Below the pieces are notes generated by a model that was given only the letters and a program-made list of their open reading frames with translations, did no database searches and was not told the DNA's origin. Shown here in pieces: positions 63,722-64,000 of a stretch of DNA of 64,000 bases. Location of the stretch: positions 1 through 64,000 of the IMG/VR virus record IMGVR_UViG_3300050821_008607; one strand, written 5' to 3'. The translations under genes and the position numbers were made by a program. The stretch comes from a virus. Positions within the stretch are counted from its first letter, which is position 1. The number at the start of each line of letters is the position of its first letter.

Positions 63722-64000
63722 TCAGCGTTGGGCGCGGTAGGCGGCGTTGCGGGCCCGCTGGCGGGCGGCGGCCGGATCCTCTTGCTGCTCGGGGGCAGGC
63801 GGCGGCGCGGCAGTCGGTGCCAGGTCGGGAAGTTCCGCGTCAGCTCCGCCTTGCGTCGCGGCCTCGGCCTGACGGCGCATGTAGCTGATCCAGCTCTGGG
63901 CGCTGAAGTCGTCGGTCAGCTCGGTCACCGCCCACACGAGAGCGTCGAGCCGGTCGGGGCTGGTGCCGTCCTGTGGCGTCCACGTCGTCATCTGGTCTTC
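63722..64000 (-). CDS. Terminase large subunit, C-terminal end (partial)
   Basis: EDQMTTW...SPDRLDALVWA.TEL; upstream of portal; runs off the window. Confidence 0.85.
   Translation of the reverse strand, partial: EDQMTTWTPQDGTSPDRLDALVWAVTELTDDFSAQSWISYMRRQAEAATQGGADAELPDLAPTAAPPPAPEQQEDPAAARQRARNAAYRAQR

Larger units (their letters stand above)
1..64000. mobile_element. Temperate actinophage (siphovirus-like) genome segment, non-integrated gene order with central attP
   Basis: Continuous phage modules (packaging, head, tail, lysis, integration, immunity, recombination, replication); no clearly chromosomal housekeeping block. Confidence 0.93.

Noticed and set aside
56797-63740. Very long + strand ORFs (1155 aa, 983 aa) and similar ones such as 18419-20458, 32925-34910 and 51790-53868
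   Set aside because: Antisense shadows of real minus-strand genes, expected in high-GC DNA; no recognisable motifs
1-64000. tRNA or rRNA genes, reverse transcriptase, retron or diversity-generating retroelement, transposase
   Set aside because: No cloverleaf or T-loop signature, no RT motif, no template/variable repeat pair and no transposase seen by eye; a tRNAscan/Infernal run would be needed to exclude RNAs fully

Overview
This high-GC window looks like most of a temperate actinobacteriophage genome (siphovirus-like). The host is probably Streptomycetaceae, judged from gene families and codon style. Read on the minus strand from 64000 down, the order is: terminase C-terminus, portal, prohead protease/scaffold, capsid, head-tail and tail genes, tape measure, tail-tip/spike genes, lysis cassette (GH25 endolysin), an accessory block (HNH-SF2 helicase plus partner, HTH-TPR regulator plus NUDIX, small Cys-rich ORFs), an apparently intact attP, tyrosine integrase and repressor (both + strand), then a long early region (Cro-Xis, YqaJ/ERF recombination, antirepressor, DEDDh exonuclease, HU, replication initiator plus DnaC-like loader, C5 methylase, HIT, SLOG and many small ORFs). 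Phage genes and integrase arm repeats lie on both sides of the att region, so this is probably the non-integrated arrangement. The most striking observation is a portal-NUDIX-MuF triple fusion. It carries an in-frame G_GGA_AAA slippery heptamer, a downstream hairpin and an immediate -1-frame stop exactly at the NUDIX/MuF junction. Other notable items are a candidate two-gene HNH-helicase defence module, LexA-box-controlled transcripts including a probable structured ncRNA next to attP, a motif shared by the immunity switch and attP, a +1-type tail chaperone frameshift, and repeated domain insertions in virion proteins. All family assignments come from motif recognition by eye; no database search was run.
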